Source: Eutreptiella sp. 'Long Island Sound 2002' (Eukaryota; Protista; Euglenida). Taken from it: DNA of 64,000 nt. A model generated the notes under the pieces. That model worked only from the letters and a program-made list of their open reading frames with translations, was not told the origin of the DNA and did no database searches. Shown here piece by piece: positions 38,401 to 51,600 of the stretch (within the stretch, counting starts at the first letter, position 1; each line of letters begins with the position of its first letter). The stretch spans positions 39,246,001 to 39,310,000 of the forward strand of contig OZ038379.1 in NCBI GenBank assembly GCA_964036045.1. The letters are read 5' to 3'. Both the position numbers and the translations under genes were made by a program.

Positions 38401-39400
38401 CATATCCCCCCCCTCCCCTTGTTTTCGGTGAGCCGTATGTGGGCCCGCACCAGCAATCACCAGCCACCAAGCCCAGAGGCACGACCACCGCGGTCTAATG
38501 TTTGGGCCAGCGGCAACCCCGGTCACGGATCCAGTCATGCTTGACCCCCCCCCCCCCCAAGGAATTACAAGGGCTGTCTAGCGCGCTGCGGATCTTAGGA
38601 GCACCTATATACACAACGATGAGACGCAATGTGACCCCCCCCCCACCACCACCACCACTACGCCCTCCCGTCACAAACCACGTTCCAGGGAGCTCTGCAT
38701 GCGATGGAACGTGTGGGGGCAGCAAATGCGCCGCTAGATGGCACGGTACAACCTGGCGCCGGCCCTTTGCCTGTGGCTTGGCCACATGACCCCCTGGTTA
38801 CTGGCGGGCTTCCTGCGCACAGAGGGGTCCATTGAGCGTGTAACCTTTGCGCTACACGTCCTCGGGGCGCTCCTCCCGAGCCAGCTTAGCCTATAGGATC
38901 GTCATGGGATGCATCCTCTACTAGAATGCCACGGGGGCGGACAGCCAATGGGTGTTTTGGGTGGTACTGCGGGTCCCTCAAGGCGTGGCCCTTGCGGGGG
39001 CCACCACCCACGAGGCTTACAATTGGCGGTACAGCGACAGCGCCCCACTCGGGCGATCTCCTTGCCTGCACTGGGGTCAGGGATTGGAGCTGGACGCGGT
39101 GGCCGTGATGCTGGTGTCCCCCTGGGACCCGCAGCTACTCCTGTAGCACCAGTATCCACGCGCGGACGCGGACGCCACTGCGTAGGCATGGCTCGCCGCC
39201 CGAGAGCTCGTGCGGGCGTGGCGTTGCCGCTGCAGGGTGCAGGTCGTCTTTCACACGTAGGCAGACGTAGGCCCACGTAGGCAGACGAGGCGTGCATAAC
39301 ACACATGGTTGACCGACATGTAGAGTTGTTGGCCAGCCATCCTGTGCCCCCCAGGCGGCTTGTTTGCCTCAAGATCGGCCGTCAAATCAAATCAAATCAA
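35500..39400 (+). mobile_element. LINE relic 1: 5'-truncated, divergent RT, RNase H-like region, Cys/His knuckle and (CAAAT)n tail
   Basis: GGAEGDSQGVEYF (RT domain 4-like), TFNDDRCHF (domain 5), VERVPYL (domain 7), EVTPDG...NKLEARRLAV...LLTDS (RNase H D/E/D pattern), CPELCSHAPDWDHRC, and a tail tcaaatcaaatcaaatcaa at about 39382-39400. Confidence 0.6.
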
Positions 39401-39479
39401 CCTTCCCTACCCCCCTTCCGGTACCTCCTTTTTTTTTTTTTTTTTGAAACACTATACAACCATGAGCTCGTTGGGGAAC

Positions 39480-42400
39480 ATGCCCCAGAGCACTGACGCT
39501 CTCGCCGCTCTGCTGGCACCCGATCGGCCACTCCCCTAGAAACAGTTACGGCCAACGATTGTCGCGTTTGAGTACCTGGGCCGTGCTGAGTAGCAGGACG
39601 CCCTGTTTCACCTCGTGGAGGCCATCCTCACCGACACTCCAACCCACGTCACAGCCGAACTTAAGTATTGATCTACGCAAGTACGTGTCCGCTAGCAAAT
39701 CTGCGAACCGGTAAAACCCAAAAAGACTCGGACACTGAGGGTTTCGTGGGTTATCCCTCACTGCCGCTAAGGTCTTGACCAACAAGCAAGCAGGAGACAC
39801 CCCTGATCAATAGGGCGCCAAAAAACATGCCGACACCGTCTAAGATGGCGAAAGCGCTACAGGCATTTGTTGAAACACATACGCATGGAGCAGCAGCAGA
39901 CACAGTGCTCCTGCTGTTGGAGGCCATCTAGCTAGCGGTGTCAACAGGCATCACATCGGAGAAGGTATATGCCTTTTACTCCGACAAAAATTGTTCCGCA
40001 CAGCTGATCTGACGTGCAAGGACTTCCGCATAGCTACGGTGTTCGCCACATAAAACATGGAGCTGCCTCAGCACATATGGGTGCCTGACGACCAAACGGG
40101 TTCAATGGTCATAGCAATAGCTCACACAGCAATCCCAGGGATGCTCCAGGCAGCAAAAGTGCTTTGTACGCAATACAAAAAAGTCGATCTCAAATGAATT
40201 ATCTTCACGCCCAATGAGATGAAGTTGTGTGAAGGGGCTGAGTTGTTGTAAGATAAGGTTGGACTGGTGATTGAATCAATCTCGCTGGCAGGCCGGTCCG
40301 TCGGCCTGTGCGGCGGGGGACTCAGCTACGCATGGGTGGTGGAATCCCCGCACGAGGTGCACCACTCAGCGAAATTCCAAAGACCACAACGATCGATAAT
40401 TCCACTACTCACGGCCGGAACAGACCCAACTAGAATCTTCGCCCAACTCCCAAAGAAGGAACACAGGATTGCTATCTCAGTCATCAACAAGCATGTGCAA
40501 GAAGTCGTGAAAGACCTACAGACGTCGGGGGACCAAGTGACCATAGCGCCGGGCCCACACCCGACGCTAATTTCGTGGATCATACTCGCAGTGCCGTCTC
40601 AGGAGTTGGTCAAGCAGTCTGAAGGCAAGTGGTTCGACCAAGAAAACTAGGCCATGACCACACTGGCCACACAAAAGGGAGACATGTCGCAATGCAGCTC
40701 CATTGCAGAGGTGTACCTTAGCAAACGGGCCCGTTCGCATAGCACAATGACAAAGATCTGGGCCACACCGTACTTCCATCTTGCTCAATCCATGGACAAG
40801 TTCGAGAACAGACCCCAGGTCCAATACGAAGCCACTAACAAAATACGCCCAGGCTTCGTAATCAAGGAGGACGCACAACGGTTCATAGAACATGTCCTAT
40901 CCAGCTTGACAGAGGTGGGTTACAGCTTCAAAACGGAACACCCACCACACCCACCAAAATGGCTATGGAAACTAGTGCAGCAGGCCTTAAAAGTAAAGGA
41001 ACCCACACACAGGACTGTTCGGTGCGATTCACAAAGCTGAAGTGGAGCATGGGCGGCATAAGGAAGCCCAACTAGCTACTGGCTGCACCAAGAGCCTCCA
41101 AGATTGCGGGCTTAATGCTCACGCTCCCAGATGATGACGGCAAGGAAATCGTGGCGACAGTATGCTCCAAAGGAGAGTGGGAAAAGACTCGTGAAGACTG
41201 GGCAGCAAAATGCCCACAACGGTCACAGCAGAGGGACCAACTGCGGCGCCCCCGGCGCAACAGCAACCGCAAAGCGCCCCGACACCGGTGATGAGCATTT
41301 TCGAGCCGCCAGCGGTGCAGGCGGCGACCTCCATACCTCCCGCCCAACCCCCTGTAATGTCTAACCCTATGCCAAACATCCCTCCCCCCACCCCCCCACC
41401 CCCAATTGCAACAAAATTTCTACTCCCAACAGCAACTGGACTACCCAGCGGCCCTACTGACGCAGTCACGGACGTCCAGGCCACCACAGGAGAGAAATGT
41501 CAAGCAAAGCTAGGACCCCAAAATTATGCACCTAGATATAGCGTCAGTGAGTGGCAAACCACCTCGCTCGCAAGATGAATCCCAATCCTCATTCAGACGG
41601 GGGCTCAGGAGCCCACATCAGCACGGCGAGTTATTGGGGTTTCAAAAATTCAAGGTAGTTTAGTGGCACCAAACACACAGCTAGTGGCCCGCGATTGACA
41701 TAAGAACGATAGGAGGTCCTAGTGTACGGTTGAGTAAATAGGGTAACTCTCTTTGAGCTTGGAAGCTCAAAGCTGCAAATGCAGTTGTGCCGTAGTCCAC
41801 AAGTCCCCCTATTTGGCCCGTCACTCAATGTTTCAAGGCGTACTACCCAAATAGGGGCCCCTGGGGGCCCAAGCTTGCACTAGGGGACGACCTTTCATTC
41901 GCCACATTCAACTACAACAGCATACTCACCAACGTAACGGATGAGACAGGAAAAACAAGAGGACTGCCACACGTCCTCAAATATTTTCAAGCAGCAAAAG
42001 TACACGTGTTTGCCCTGCAAGAGCCACGTCTGCGGGGGGACAAAGCAAAAGAGGAAAGGGACCGGGACTTGGAAACGGTCCGAGAGATGGCGTACAGGGT
42101 CGGGTATTGATTCCTGACCAAGCTCATGTTAGACGGCCTGAGAGGGGGAGTGTCGCTCTTTTGCAAAAAGTCGTGGGGCTACGAGAGCGCAGCGTCACTG
42201 AGCTCCACATTCCTGCTGGCCAACCTCACAACAGAGGATGTACAGCGCATCACAGTGATCGGAGCACATATACACCACAAACTAGGGCTCCAGGAGGCAT
42301 AATATGAGCGGCTGCGCAAAGTGATCCCACACTTGCGATGTCACACCATGTGGTAATGCTGGCAGACCACAATTCCATCATAACACCGGGGGTGGACCTA

Positions 42401-45400
42401 GAAAAAATCACTCCTCATGATGAAGTGCCGGCGGCTGCCACAACTAGGGAACAGGAGCTCGAATTGAAGGGAGAGATTGGGGTCGGGGATGCGTGGAAAA
42501 TAGCCTACACCCCGACAGATGACCCTGAGGCTCACCATATCCCCAAAGGGTGGACGTGGGGGTTCCCCATAGAGCAAAATCAAAACAAGCCGGACAGACG
42601 GGAGGGGGACAGTAAGGACATTGACGAGCTGGATGCTTTCCGGAACCGGCTCCATAGGAGGCGTATCGACAGAGTGCATCTCTCCAAATACATACTACCA
42701 GCACTCACAAAGTGCTACACACACTTCGTGGCACATTCAAACCACAAAGCGGTCATTGTGATGATTTCTCCCCCCTCACTCTATGTGTGTAGAGGGACGA
42801 CTGCGAGTCCCAACCTTCTTCCTCAAAAGTGAACCAATAATGGAGGCTCTCACCGGCCGTCTAGCGGTATTGCTACAGAGGCGCCTGGCGGGGTGCCGCC
42901 CTGCAAATACGTGGAGCAACAACATTTCAGCACGAGAAACATGTGAACCCCAAAGGGGCGAGGCAGGTGGAAGCAATGCTTATGGAGTCCAGCCTGACCC
43001 ACAGGCCCCCAGAGGCACAGGCCTTCTTGAGGGGCAGGGGATCGGTCAGCGAACCGCCAGCAAGGGCGTATGCAATGCTTATGTCCATTGCCGAGGCGGA
43101 AACCTCAGATAGATGCGGTATCCAACTCCTATCCAAACTGAGATCCGCCCTCTCTGAATCCCCTGACTCTCAGCACGGTAAGCAGGCCACGGAGCAACAG
43201 ATTGTGAGATGGGCCCGAGAAATGTACTGCAGACGGCGCCTTTCCTCCCTCCGCGATAAACAAGGGGACCTGGTGACCAACCCCAGAAAAGTGCCTGTGG
43301 CACTACAAGAAAACTGGGCAGGAATAATGGCAGTAACGTCCGAGACGTGATCGGAGTGCGTGGAATACAACCAGTCACTCCTGTTATCTGCAAACATCAA
43401 ACAGGCAGCCCCAATGTTGCTCAAGCCACTGTCGCCCGAATTGGTTCTGACTGCACTTGAAAATATGAAGCCGGGATCCTCACCTTAGTTGGATGGGATA
43501 CCGGCGGAAGTTTACCTGGCGCTAAGTGAAACCGTGGTGCCCAGCATGACGGATGCCATCGGCAACTTCGTGCAAGCAGCCATGATGCCGGATGGCTCGT
43601 GGGCCGAAGGCCTATTAGCACCGATCCCAAAGGACCAGGGGTCAGTGGCCATTAACGCATTGCGGCCGCTCTGCCTGCAAAATGTGCTTTTGAAATGGGT
43701 AACGGCCAGACTGTACCTCATGATGGTGCACTTAGTGGCATTTGTGACCCCCCCGGAACAAAAGACGTTCATCAAGGGGAGATTTATCTTCGATCACATA
43801 TGGAACGTGAGGGGGGCATAGGAGGCAATGCGACAGGGACTCGTCATTGGTATAGATTTTGCAAAGGCATACGACTCAATCCACCACAATTACATGGCAG
43901 TGTTCTTCCTTCACCTAGCCCTAACGATCCCCCTCATTGTATGCTCATATTCTTCTTCAAGTCCCCATTTGTCTTTGCGGTTGGGAGGGGGGTGGTGAAT
44001 GAGGTATCAGTGACACCAGCATCCGGCATCAAGCAGGCGTACTTGGTCTCCCTAGCGATGTTTGTAATGGGCAGCTCTGTGCGGGTGCCCATCATGAAAC
44101 AAATATCCCCTAGTATACACGTGCTTTTCTGTGCGGATGACTTATTCCGCTATATCCCCCTCCGCCCTAGCGCGTTGTGCGCCTTGCTCCCGCAAATTTT
44201 CAAGCACATCAGGCTATACGGGGTGTTTGTTGGCCTGAGGCTAAAACTAGGCAAATTGGCGTTCCTAGTCAAAGGTATGCGGGAGCAGCGACACGTGCAC
44301 GTTTTGCGGACATTCGTCATACAAGTCAAACAAAACGTGAAGTACTTTGGAGTGCTAGTGGGATACGTGTCCAACGACCAGGCATATGCACCGCTCATTG
44401 CGCGCGCAGTCCACCGGGCACACTACGTCCGCACCCTCCCGCTCACACACGACGAACATACAGCCGTGTTTCAGGAGTCGGTTCTGCCTTTGCTTATTTT
44501 GCCGGCGCTGGCAACTTTCCCCAATGACATTGTGGTGCGAAATTGGCCAATGTGTATAAGGTGGCACTACGCCTCAACAATTGGGGCATGACCCTCCCCA
44601 TCCTTGCCCACACGCCGGCGCAGGGAGGGTACAACCTGCCCTAGCCCCGCACCTCCCTCGCGTGGCAGCACGCAACGGCATTTGTGAAATTTCTACATGA
44701 GCCAAACGCTGTGCCCAGCCTGTCACCAACACACATGAGGGCATGGTCAGCGTCGCACGGAGTAAACGTTGACCCACGTTTCCTACCGTGGCTGCAACCT
44801 CGCCTGGTCCCGTGGAAAATGTACCCCTTTTTGGACACGGGGTGCAAAGCGTTCTCCCTCACGAAGCAACCAGCAGACGTGCTCGTGCCGCCGCGTAAGC
44901 TCCTCCCCCAAATGCCGGCGTGGCACTCATCGCTCTTTAGAGATACACATGAAAACACGTACTACAGCCCCTCCCTCCGACTGTTACTCTGAATCACAGG
45001 GGGGGGGGTCAACAGCATCAGTCAAATGTAGGAGGTCATATCACACAGAGAATCCCTTCCACGCACATGGACCCCCGTGTACAATTAGGGGCTACAGGCA
45101 ATGACACAGCCAGCACAGCAGCCAGCCACAGCACCCCCAAAGGAAGCCAACCCCATTTTTTTTATGGATGGAATGGAACACCACCACAAGTTGAGGTTTC
45201 TGTGGTCGCTGACCCCCGAGCCACCATGGAGCACATGCGTCGAAAGCATGGGAGAAACTGGCTATCCTCCCGGAGGATAAACTTTTCATGCAAAAGGTGT
45301 TGTGGAACTGGCGAACTGGCAGCCCAGGGGAACCCAATGTCTACTCGACGGCCAACAGGAACCTAGGGAACACGCCCCCAGCTCATGCAAGTATATCCCT

Positions 45401-47100
45401 CTGGCGACGCACATAGCCGCACAATGCATGGTACCAGCAACCACAGCAGATGGCCAGACGACGGACATCAACACTGTCGTATGGAACCAACCAGAAACTG
45501 TCCCTGACCACCCCCCTAGGCCTTGTACTATGGACGGCGGTCAGGGCGTCGTGGTCCACGAGATGTGCGGCCAAAAATGGCATGCAACACTGGACCCCGT
45601 CATGGGATTTGTTCGTGGCAATGTGCATGAAGGTCCTGCAGCAATTGGAAAGCCTGCCAGAGGGCACATTGCGTGCAGTAGAATTCACTCTGCTGATTCA
45701 GGCCCTCAACTCCATGCAATAAACATCAGTGTTGCAACATCCAAGAGTAACGGTATCAAACTCCCGGACCCCCCTCCCCCGACTGTGGTGCCCGGCCAAG
45801 AAACCGATGAAAAACTTCCAACACGCGGAGGAACTTCGGGGGGAACATGCACGGGCGACCGAAGAGTATGAGCGACAAGGTTGGACGATGGTCTACCGGG
45901 ATGGGTCATCTCAAAATCACCCGGTGGTGGGGAGGGTGGGAGGATATGGTGTTTTTTTTGGCGATGCGCGCAATACGGCCACCCACATCCTGCTGAACGA
46001 AGAAGAAACAAACATTAGGGGGGGAACTCAGAGCGTCCCTCTGAGCCCTTGCGGGTAGCAGACTAGGGGAGCATATGCTGGTCTGCCCTGACGGTCTCAT
46101 GATTGTCAATGGTATGCTTGGGTGGGCATAAAAATGGCGCCGCCACGGCTTGAAGACGGCCAAAGGAGTAGTGCACAACAAGGAATTGTGGGAACAGCTA
46201 CTACGCCTCACAAAGTCGTTGGGTAAACATGTGCAATGGCTGCATTCCCCGTCTCCCATAGAAATCCTAGGAAACCCCAGAGCGGATCACTTGGCCGATG
46301 TGGGGTAACGACAATCCCCATTTTTTTTCGGCCAAATGTTAGCCCACCCCAGGCGCCAGGAGGTGCCGGAGGCAGACATAGTAGATAAGGAGTGGGAACA
46401 AGGGTGCGGGGGATGGAAGCTGGAGGAAGAGCTAGAAGATCCTGAGCCCACCCAAGCAGTGTGAGGAGCAATTATAGGGCACACCACAGCGACAAGGCCA
46501 AGGCGCGCGGCGGGGGGGGGGGGGGGGGGGGCAGCGGAGCCCCCCCTACCCTCGCCCTTGTGGGACACCGAGGTATGCACGCCGGTAAGAGTGCCCAAGA
46601 CGCAGAGAATGCAGACCCCCCTCCAATTCACGCCGCAACCGTTCTCACGGCTGGCAGGGGAGCTAGCAATACCAGCCACGCCCGTCATAGTAACTACGTC
46701 CTATTTCGAGGGAACTCGAAATACTTTCCACACACCCCGGGGGTGTCGCCTCTCACCACCCCGGTGTGTATGCGGTTACGAGAATCCCTCAACGTGGTCA
46801 TCGTGGAGGATGCTGAGGACCAGAGGACTGGTCCAACGACTCCCATGTCAGAGGAATCCCATGATTCTGCGGCCATGACAGTGACATGCAGCACACAGGG
46901 TTCCAGATTTGCCACCCCGTGATCTGCAGCTGATGGCAGTGAAGGAGTCCAGATGGTTCAGCAACCGCCCCGACCAACCTCTCAGCAAAACAGATCAAGC
47001 TCCCCCTGTTGTATGTTGTATGTAATGCCTTGACATCCGAGCGTGCAAACAGAACCCACTGGGCTCTTCACACATCAACCTCCACCCGCCAAAGTGTCGT
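39480..47100 (+). mobile_element. LINE relic 2: near full-length L1/Tx1-like element (ORF1 relic, APE, RT, CCHC, RNase H), inactivated
   Basis: APE at 41890-42760 (SFATFNYN, FALQE, ADHNS, DAWK, RRIDRVHLS, SNHKAV). RT at 43460-44360 (LDGIPAEVY, RPLCLQN, GIDFAKAYDSIHH, FCADDL, VKYFGV). Knuckle CLLDGQQEPREHAPSSC near 45340. ORF1-like broken frames at 39500-41580. Confidence 0.92.
45870..46307 (+). pseudogene. RNase HI domain (cellular RNase H1-like) at the C-terminus of LINE relic 2
   Basis: VYRDGSSQN...GGYGVFFG...TNIRGELRA...W..KWRRHGLKTAKGVVHNKELWEQL...VQWLHSPSPIEILGNPRADHLA follows the RNase H1 consensus. Confidence 0.88.
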
Positions 47101-47239
47101 AGGCTTGTGTCGTCCCTGTAGATGAATGGTATGCGGCGGCCCTCCCATACCATAGGCGGTGGCTCGAACCCTGGGGAGGGGTGGGATGCACTGTGCGCTA
47201 GAACGACCCCGCTTGTTTTGCTGGTAGGGCACGAAATCA

Positions 47240-47317
47240 GACCTCATTAGTATAGCATAGTGGCTAAAGTGATGGTGCGCTGGCTAGAGGTGCCGGGTTT
47301 GATTTCGGGGGGGGCTC
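47240..47317 (+). pseudogene. tRNA-Asp-like pseudogene or SINE head
   Basis: cctcattagtatag(catag)tggc resembles the eukaryotic tRNA-Asp 5' half (CCTCGTTAGTATAGTGG) with a 5-nt duplication. B-box-like ccgggtttgatttcgg. Anticodon arm not intact. Confidence 0.5.
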
Positions 47318-47769
47318 GAAATGCGTAGCTTTCGTGATATGATCGGTGATTAGCTAGGTATTATCTAGGTTTTTCACCTATACTAGGCGCCATGTGCACG
47401 GGCACCTCCCACCTCTTACTGTATGTTGTATGCATTACATTGACCCCTAACCGACGCCCTGTGCCCACTGGGTTTTTCAACCAAATGACCGACAGCCAGC
47501 CGGAACCGGGGAGCGCCAAACGAGTGTCAGCTAACAATAGCACTTGATGAAGGAATGACCACAAACCAGGATGTACGCCTAACCCAATAGAGTCCTGAAG
47601 GTGGCAACCCCAACCATTCGGCAAGTGAGCAGGCTGAACATGGTGGTGAAACTAAATGCGCTTGAGGCGCCACTATGGAAAGAAGGTGAAGAAAGCTTTG
47701 GGGCAGACGCAGCTGGAGCCTAATACGGACACTGCAATCTGACCATCGATGCCCGTAGCCCCTCGGTAA

Positions 47770-48300
47770 CCTTCAGCTTGCTTCGCTCGACGCGGGGGCC
47801 GGTTGCGCAACTCCCTTCAATAACAAGAGTCCTACGGTGGCCACATACCGCCTTGCGTGTGCACCGCCTTGTGTATGCCGCCCCTTGTTTGCGGACCACC
47901 AAACCCTCCCTTCAGCTTGGTGCACTCGACAGATGGCTTGCTTGGCTCGACGTGGGTGCCGGCCCCCGCAACCCCCTTACATAACAAGACTGGTACGGTG
48001 GCCACATGCGGCCATGCGCACGTACCAATTTGTGCGCGCACCGCCTTGTGTATGCTGCTTTGTGTGTGGACGCCCAATCCTTCCCTTCAACTCGCTATAG
48101 TCCTCAAATGGCTCGCTTCGCTGGACGTGGGGGCCAGGCCCCCAACCGCCCTAAAAGAACAAGACTGCTACGGTGGCCACATACCGCATTGTGCGTGCAC
48201 TGCTTTGTGTATGCACTGCCTTGTTTGTGGATCACATAACCTTTCCTTTTGCTCGCTGCGCTCCATAGACGGCTCGCTTCCCTAGACGCGGGTGAGCCCT
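47770..48300 (+). repeat. Three diverged ~160-180 bp tandem repeats
   Basis: Recurring gcttcgctcgacgYggg, aacaagact.ctacggtggccacat and gccttgtgtatgc. Confidence 0.88.
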
Positions 48301-48699
48301 AGGAACACGATAGGGGACCCAATTTATTTCCATCCTAGATGGCGCTAGAAAGCTACAAGAAAAAAAGTGGTGATTACCCCGCCCCGTTGGGGTAAAGGGT
48401 GCGTAATATGAGGGGTGCAACTTGGACCACGCTATCGGCACCTGGGGGCTGCACTATGTTTTTCATGATGTCGTCATTTTGAAGTGAAATTGGAGTGGGA
48501 AAAAAACGCTGCTGTACCGGCGTTCTAGCGACGTTCTCGCGAGCTCGGGCTCGCCAGACCTTCCCTAAAACGCTTCGCTAGAACAACGGTAGAAGGATAT
48601 CAATGAATGATTCACCATTTCTCAAAGAGAAGCTGCCGGCTGCCATGACCAGCCGTAGCCAATCACAAGGCCGCGATGCTCGACCCCACTCATAGGGCG

Positions 48700-51600
48700 C
48701 AAGGTTTACCCACCCCCTCATGCACCCCCCGATTAGCCTGGTTATCCCCCCACCCGGTCATTTGGAAGGTCACGTGGCGGGCCGGCGCCGGGTCACTTGG
48801 TGGTGAGTTAGCCCGATTAGCCTGAGGAGCCCGACTAGCCTCCCAGCCCCCTTGCCGCCATTTCGCGACTCGCGACACACAGGTTACCCCTCCTGCTTAA
48901 TGGGGTGCTGTTGGGGCACATCCTTGCTCCCGGCACCCCCTTTTTCATCAGCCTGTTCCCCTTCCTTCTCACCCCCCTTGTCACCCACCTCCTCACCCGC
49001 TTCCTCGCCCTGCTTCTTACCCCCCTTGTCACCCCCCTCCCCCCGACCGTCACCCCGGCCTCTCTCGTCATCCCCGTTGTCCCCATTGCTCTACTTCAAG
49101 GCCTCCCGGAGGTAGGCCTCCGCCTCCCGCGGGGTGAGGAAGAGGAGGTCCCCCGACACTCGGAACCCCCCCCCCCTCCACGCCCTATCAAACCCTCGGG
49201 CCTGTGACTTTGTCGTGGTGTGGGGCCCGGTGGACAACGGGACACCGCGAACGCACAGGAAAACGGGGGTCCCGGAGAGGACCGAGATGTTCCATGGTGA
49301 CCCAACCCCCATTGACCTCGAGGCTGATTTAGACGTTACGAGTCCACCCCCCTTGTGTCCACACTGGATCTGAGAGTGGGAAGCAACAGGGGAGCGGGTG
49401 GGTGTCTCCCGTGGCTAGTTTCTGTCGACCATTTCTCCCGCGTTGGGTGGTAAGCATTGCACTTTCAACCTCTACTCATCATGTGACGATGTGTATGCCA
49501 CAAGATAGAGACATGTTGATTGGTACCTTTTACTAGTTGACCCACCATGTCGAACACGAACAATGCTACAATCTCACTTTTAACTCTCATTTGCATATCT
49601 ACAATCATTCATGTCTTTCGGTCGCGTGGTTGCAAGCTTCGTTCAGTCTTCATGGAGTAAACCACGGTATGTGGAATCACCAAGCATAGTAAACTTCAAC
49701 CTGTCATGACGAATACAACTCAACGACACTGTGTCACCTCTCATCCCAATGATCCCCCGTCCACTTTATACACTATTCGTTTCAATTCCTCGAAACTTTC
49801 TGTTTGCAGTCAATGACTCCTTTCCTGCTTTAGGAATATCCTCACTCATTTGTGTCCCGATGTCATTGTTGCTCTTGCGCGCCACTTGTCGACTTCATGC
49901 TTTTCTACCGGAACCATTCTCCGCCCATGCATTCTCTCATGGGGTGCAGGCTCCAGCACGTGCCAACCTCCAGACCGCACAGGTATCTGAACATTTCCGA
50001 TCCCCTCTAGCTAATTTCATCATTTGGTTCAGTGCATCCCACACTCCTACATGCTCGAAACACAATCATTAACTCCAAGCCTAGGCGTCTAGCAAACCCG
50101 GAGGACATAATTTTTACATTGTTTCCGCGCGGAGCATCCCGTGCCAGCTGTGATTCTCGCCCCTCTCTTCTACCGCATGGCCTTTTCGTTACTCTCCTTC
50201 CCTCCGACAGCCCGTGGGGAAGGGCGCTGGGCACTACAATCAAAACCGCCGTAGCTGGAGGCGATCGAAGTATAAGAAATCCTGCACCTGGAAGTTGCAG
50301 CACCCGCACTATGTACATCTACGACCAGATGCGTGTGTCCTCGAAATAGAACTCAGGCCACCTGTGCCGATCAGCAATGCTCCTGCTGCGGTTGAGCGTT
50401 TTAGAGGCTAGCTTATCCGCACTGCGCGTCCGACGTGGCCAACCATGCGCCTTGAATTGCACTCTTCCAAAGCAGCCAGCACTCACTTGCACGACCAACG
50501 ATGGAGATTATGGTTCGATCAATCAAACTTCCGGGGACTGGTGTTTAGATTTACATCTCATCAAGGGAACCAACGATTCCATTTCCAAGGGGCAACACAT
50601 CTGCGGAGGTAGCTCAGAGACGTGCCATTCCCGGTTCTTGATTACAACGACCTTGTTGCAGCCCCTTGATGGACATCGCGTGATGAGGAGGATCCTCCTG
50701 ATGACGACTCGCCGCTGCTGCCTCATGTGAATTGCTCCTCAATTGGGATCCACCATGAACTCTGTTTGTGCTTTGAGGTGGAAGCAGAACTTAGTGATCG
50801 TATACTTCATCTGCGGTGCTGGTCAATGCAATCAGCTCTGACACCCATCAACGCGCTTGCTTTAACCTCTCGTCGGAACCTTTGGATCTTGCTCACCTGC
50901 TTCATACTGCCGTGAGCTGTGCTTGGTACCACTCTATCTTCTGCACTGCAACCCCCCGGAAACCCAGCCCTTTTGTGCACTCCTGCCAGCCCCCTACCTC
51001 CATAGATGCTGGCCTACTCCGAAAGATTGTGCACCTGCACACACGCACCCTGTACCCTCACATGTACTGTCTAACTCCTTCCACGCCCCTCCCTACACAC
51101 ACGGTGCAATTGTGCCCACTTGCGCGGAGCTACCCTACACTCTCACTTGCCGCACGCGATGTGTGCCCAACAAGTTGGAGGCCGGGATCCTTCGGAACCT
51201 GCTAACCCCATAATCTAACCTCATGTCGCTCCTCCTACACCGCTCCTCGCACGCACGCTGCATTGGTGCCCACTTGTCCGGAGGTAAGCTACACTGTCAC
51301 TCGCCGCACACGATGTGTGCTCAACAGGGCAGAGGTTGGCATCTTTCGGAACGAGCTACCCCCACGATTCAACCTCATCTCACTCCACGCTTCGGTAACA
51401 CCGTCTCACACTCGATCCACTCATTATTAACCCTGCATCATGCGTGCTCCCCTCGTCAGCAGCACCATAACTCTCTCGGCTGATAGATACCTCATGTCCA
51501 GGCCAAGAAATAAACACAAGCACAACCTCCATCTGTAGTTAAGTCGCATCAACTCCTCTTATAGATTGCCGTTCTCTTCTTTCGAAGAAATGTACATTAC

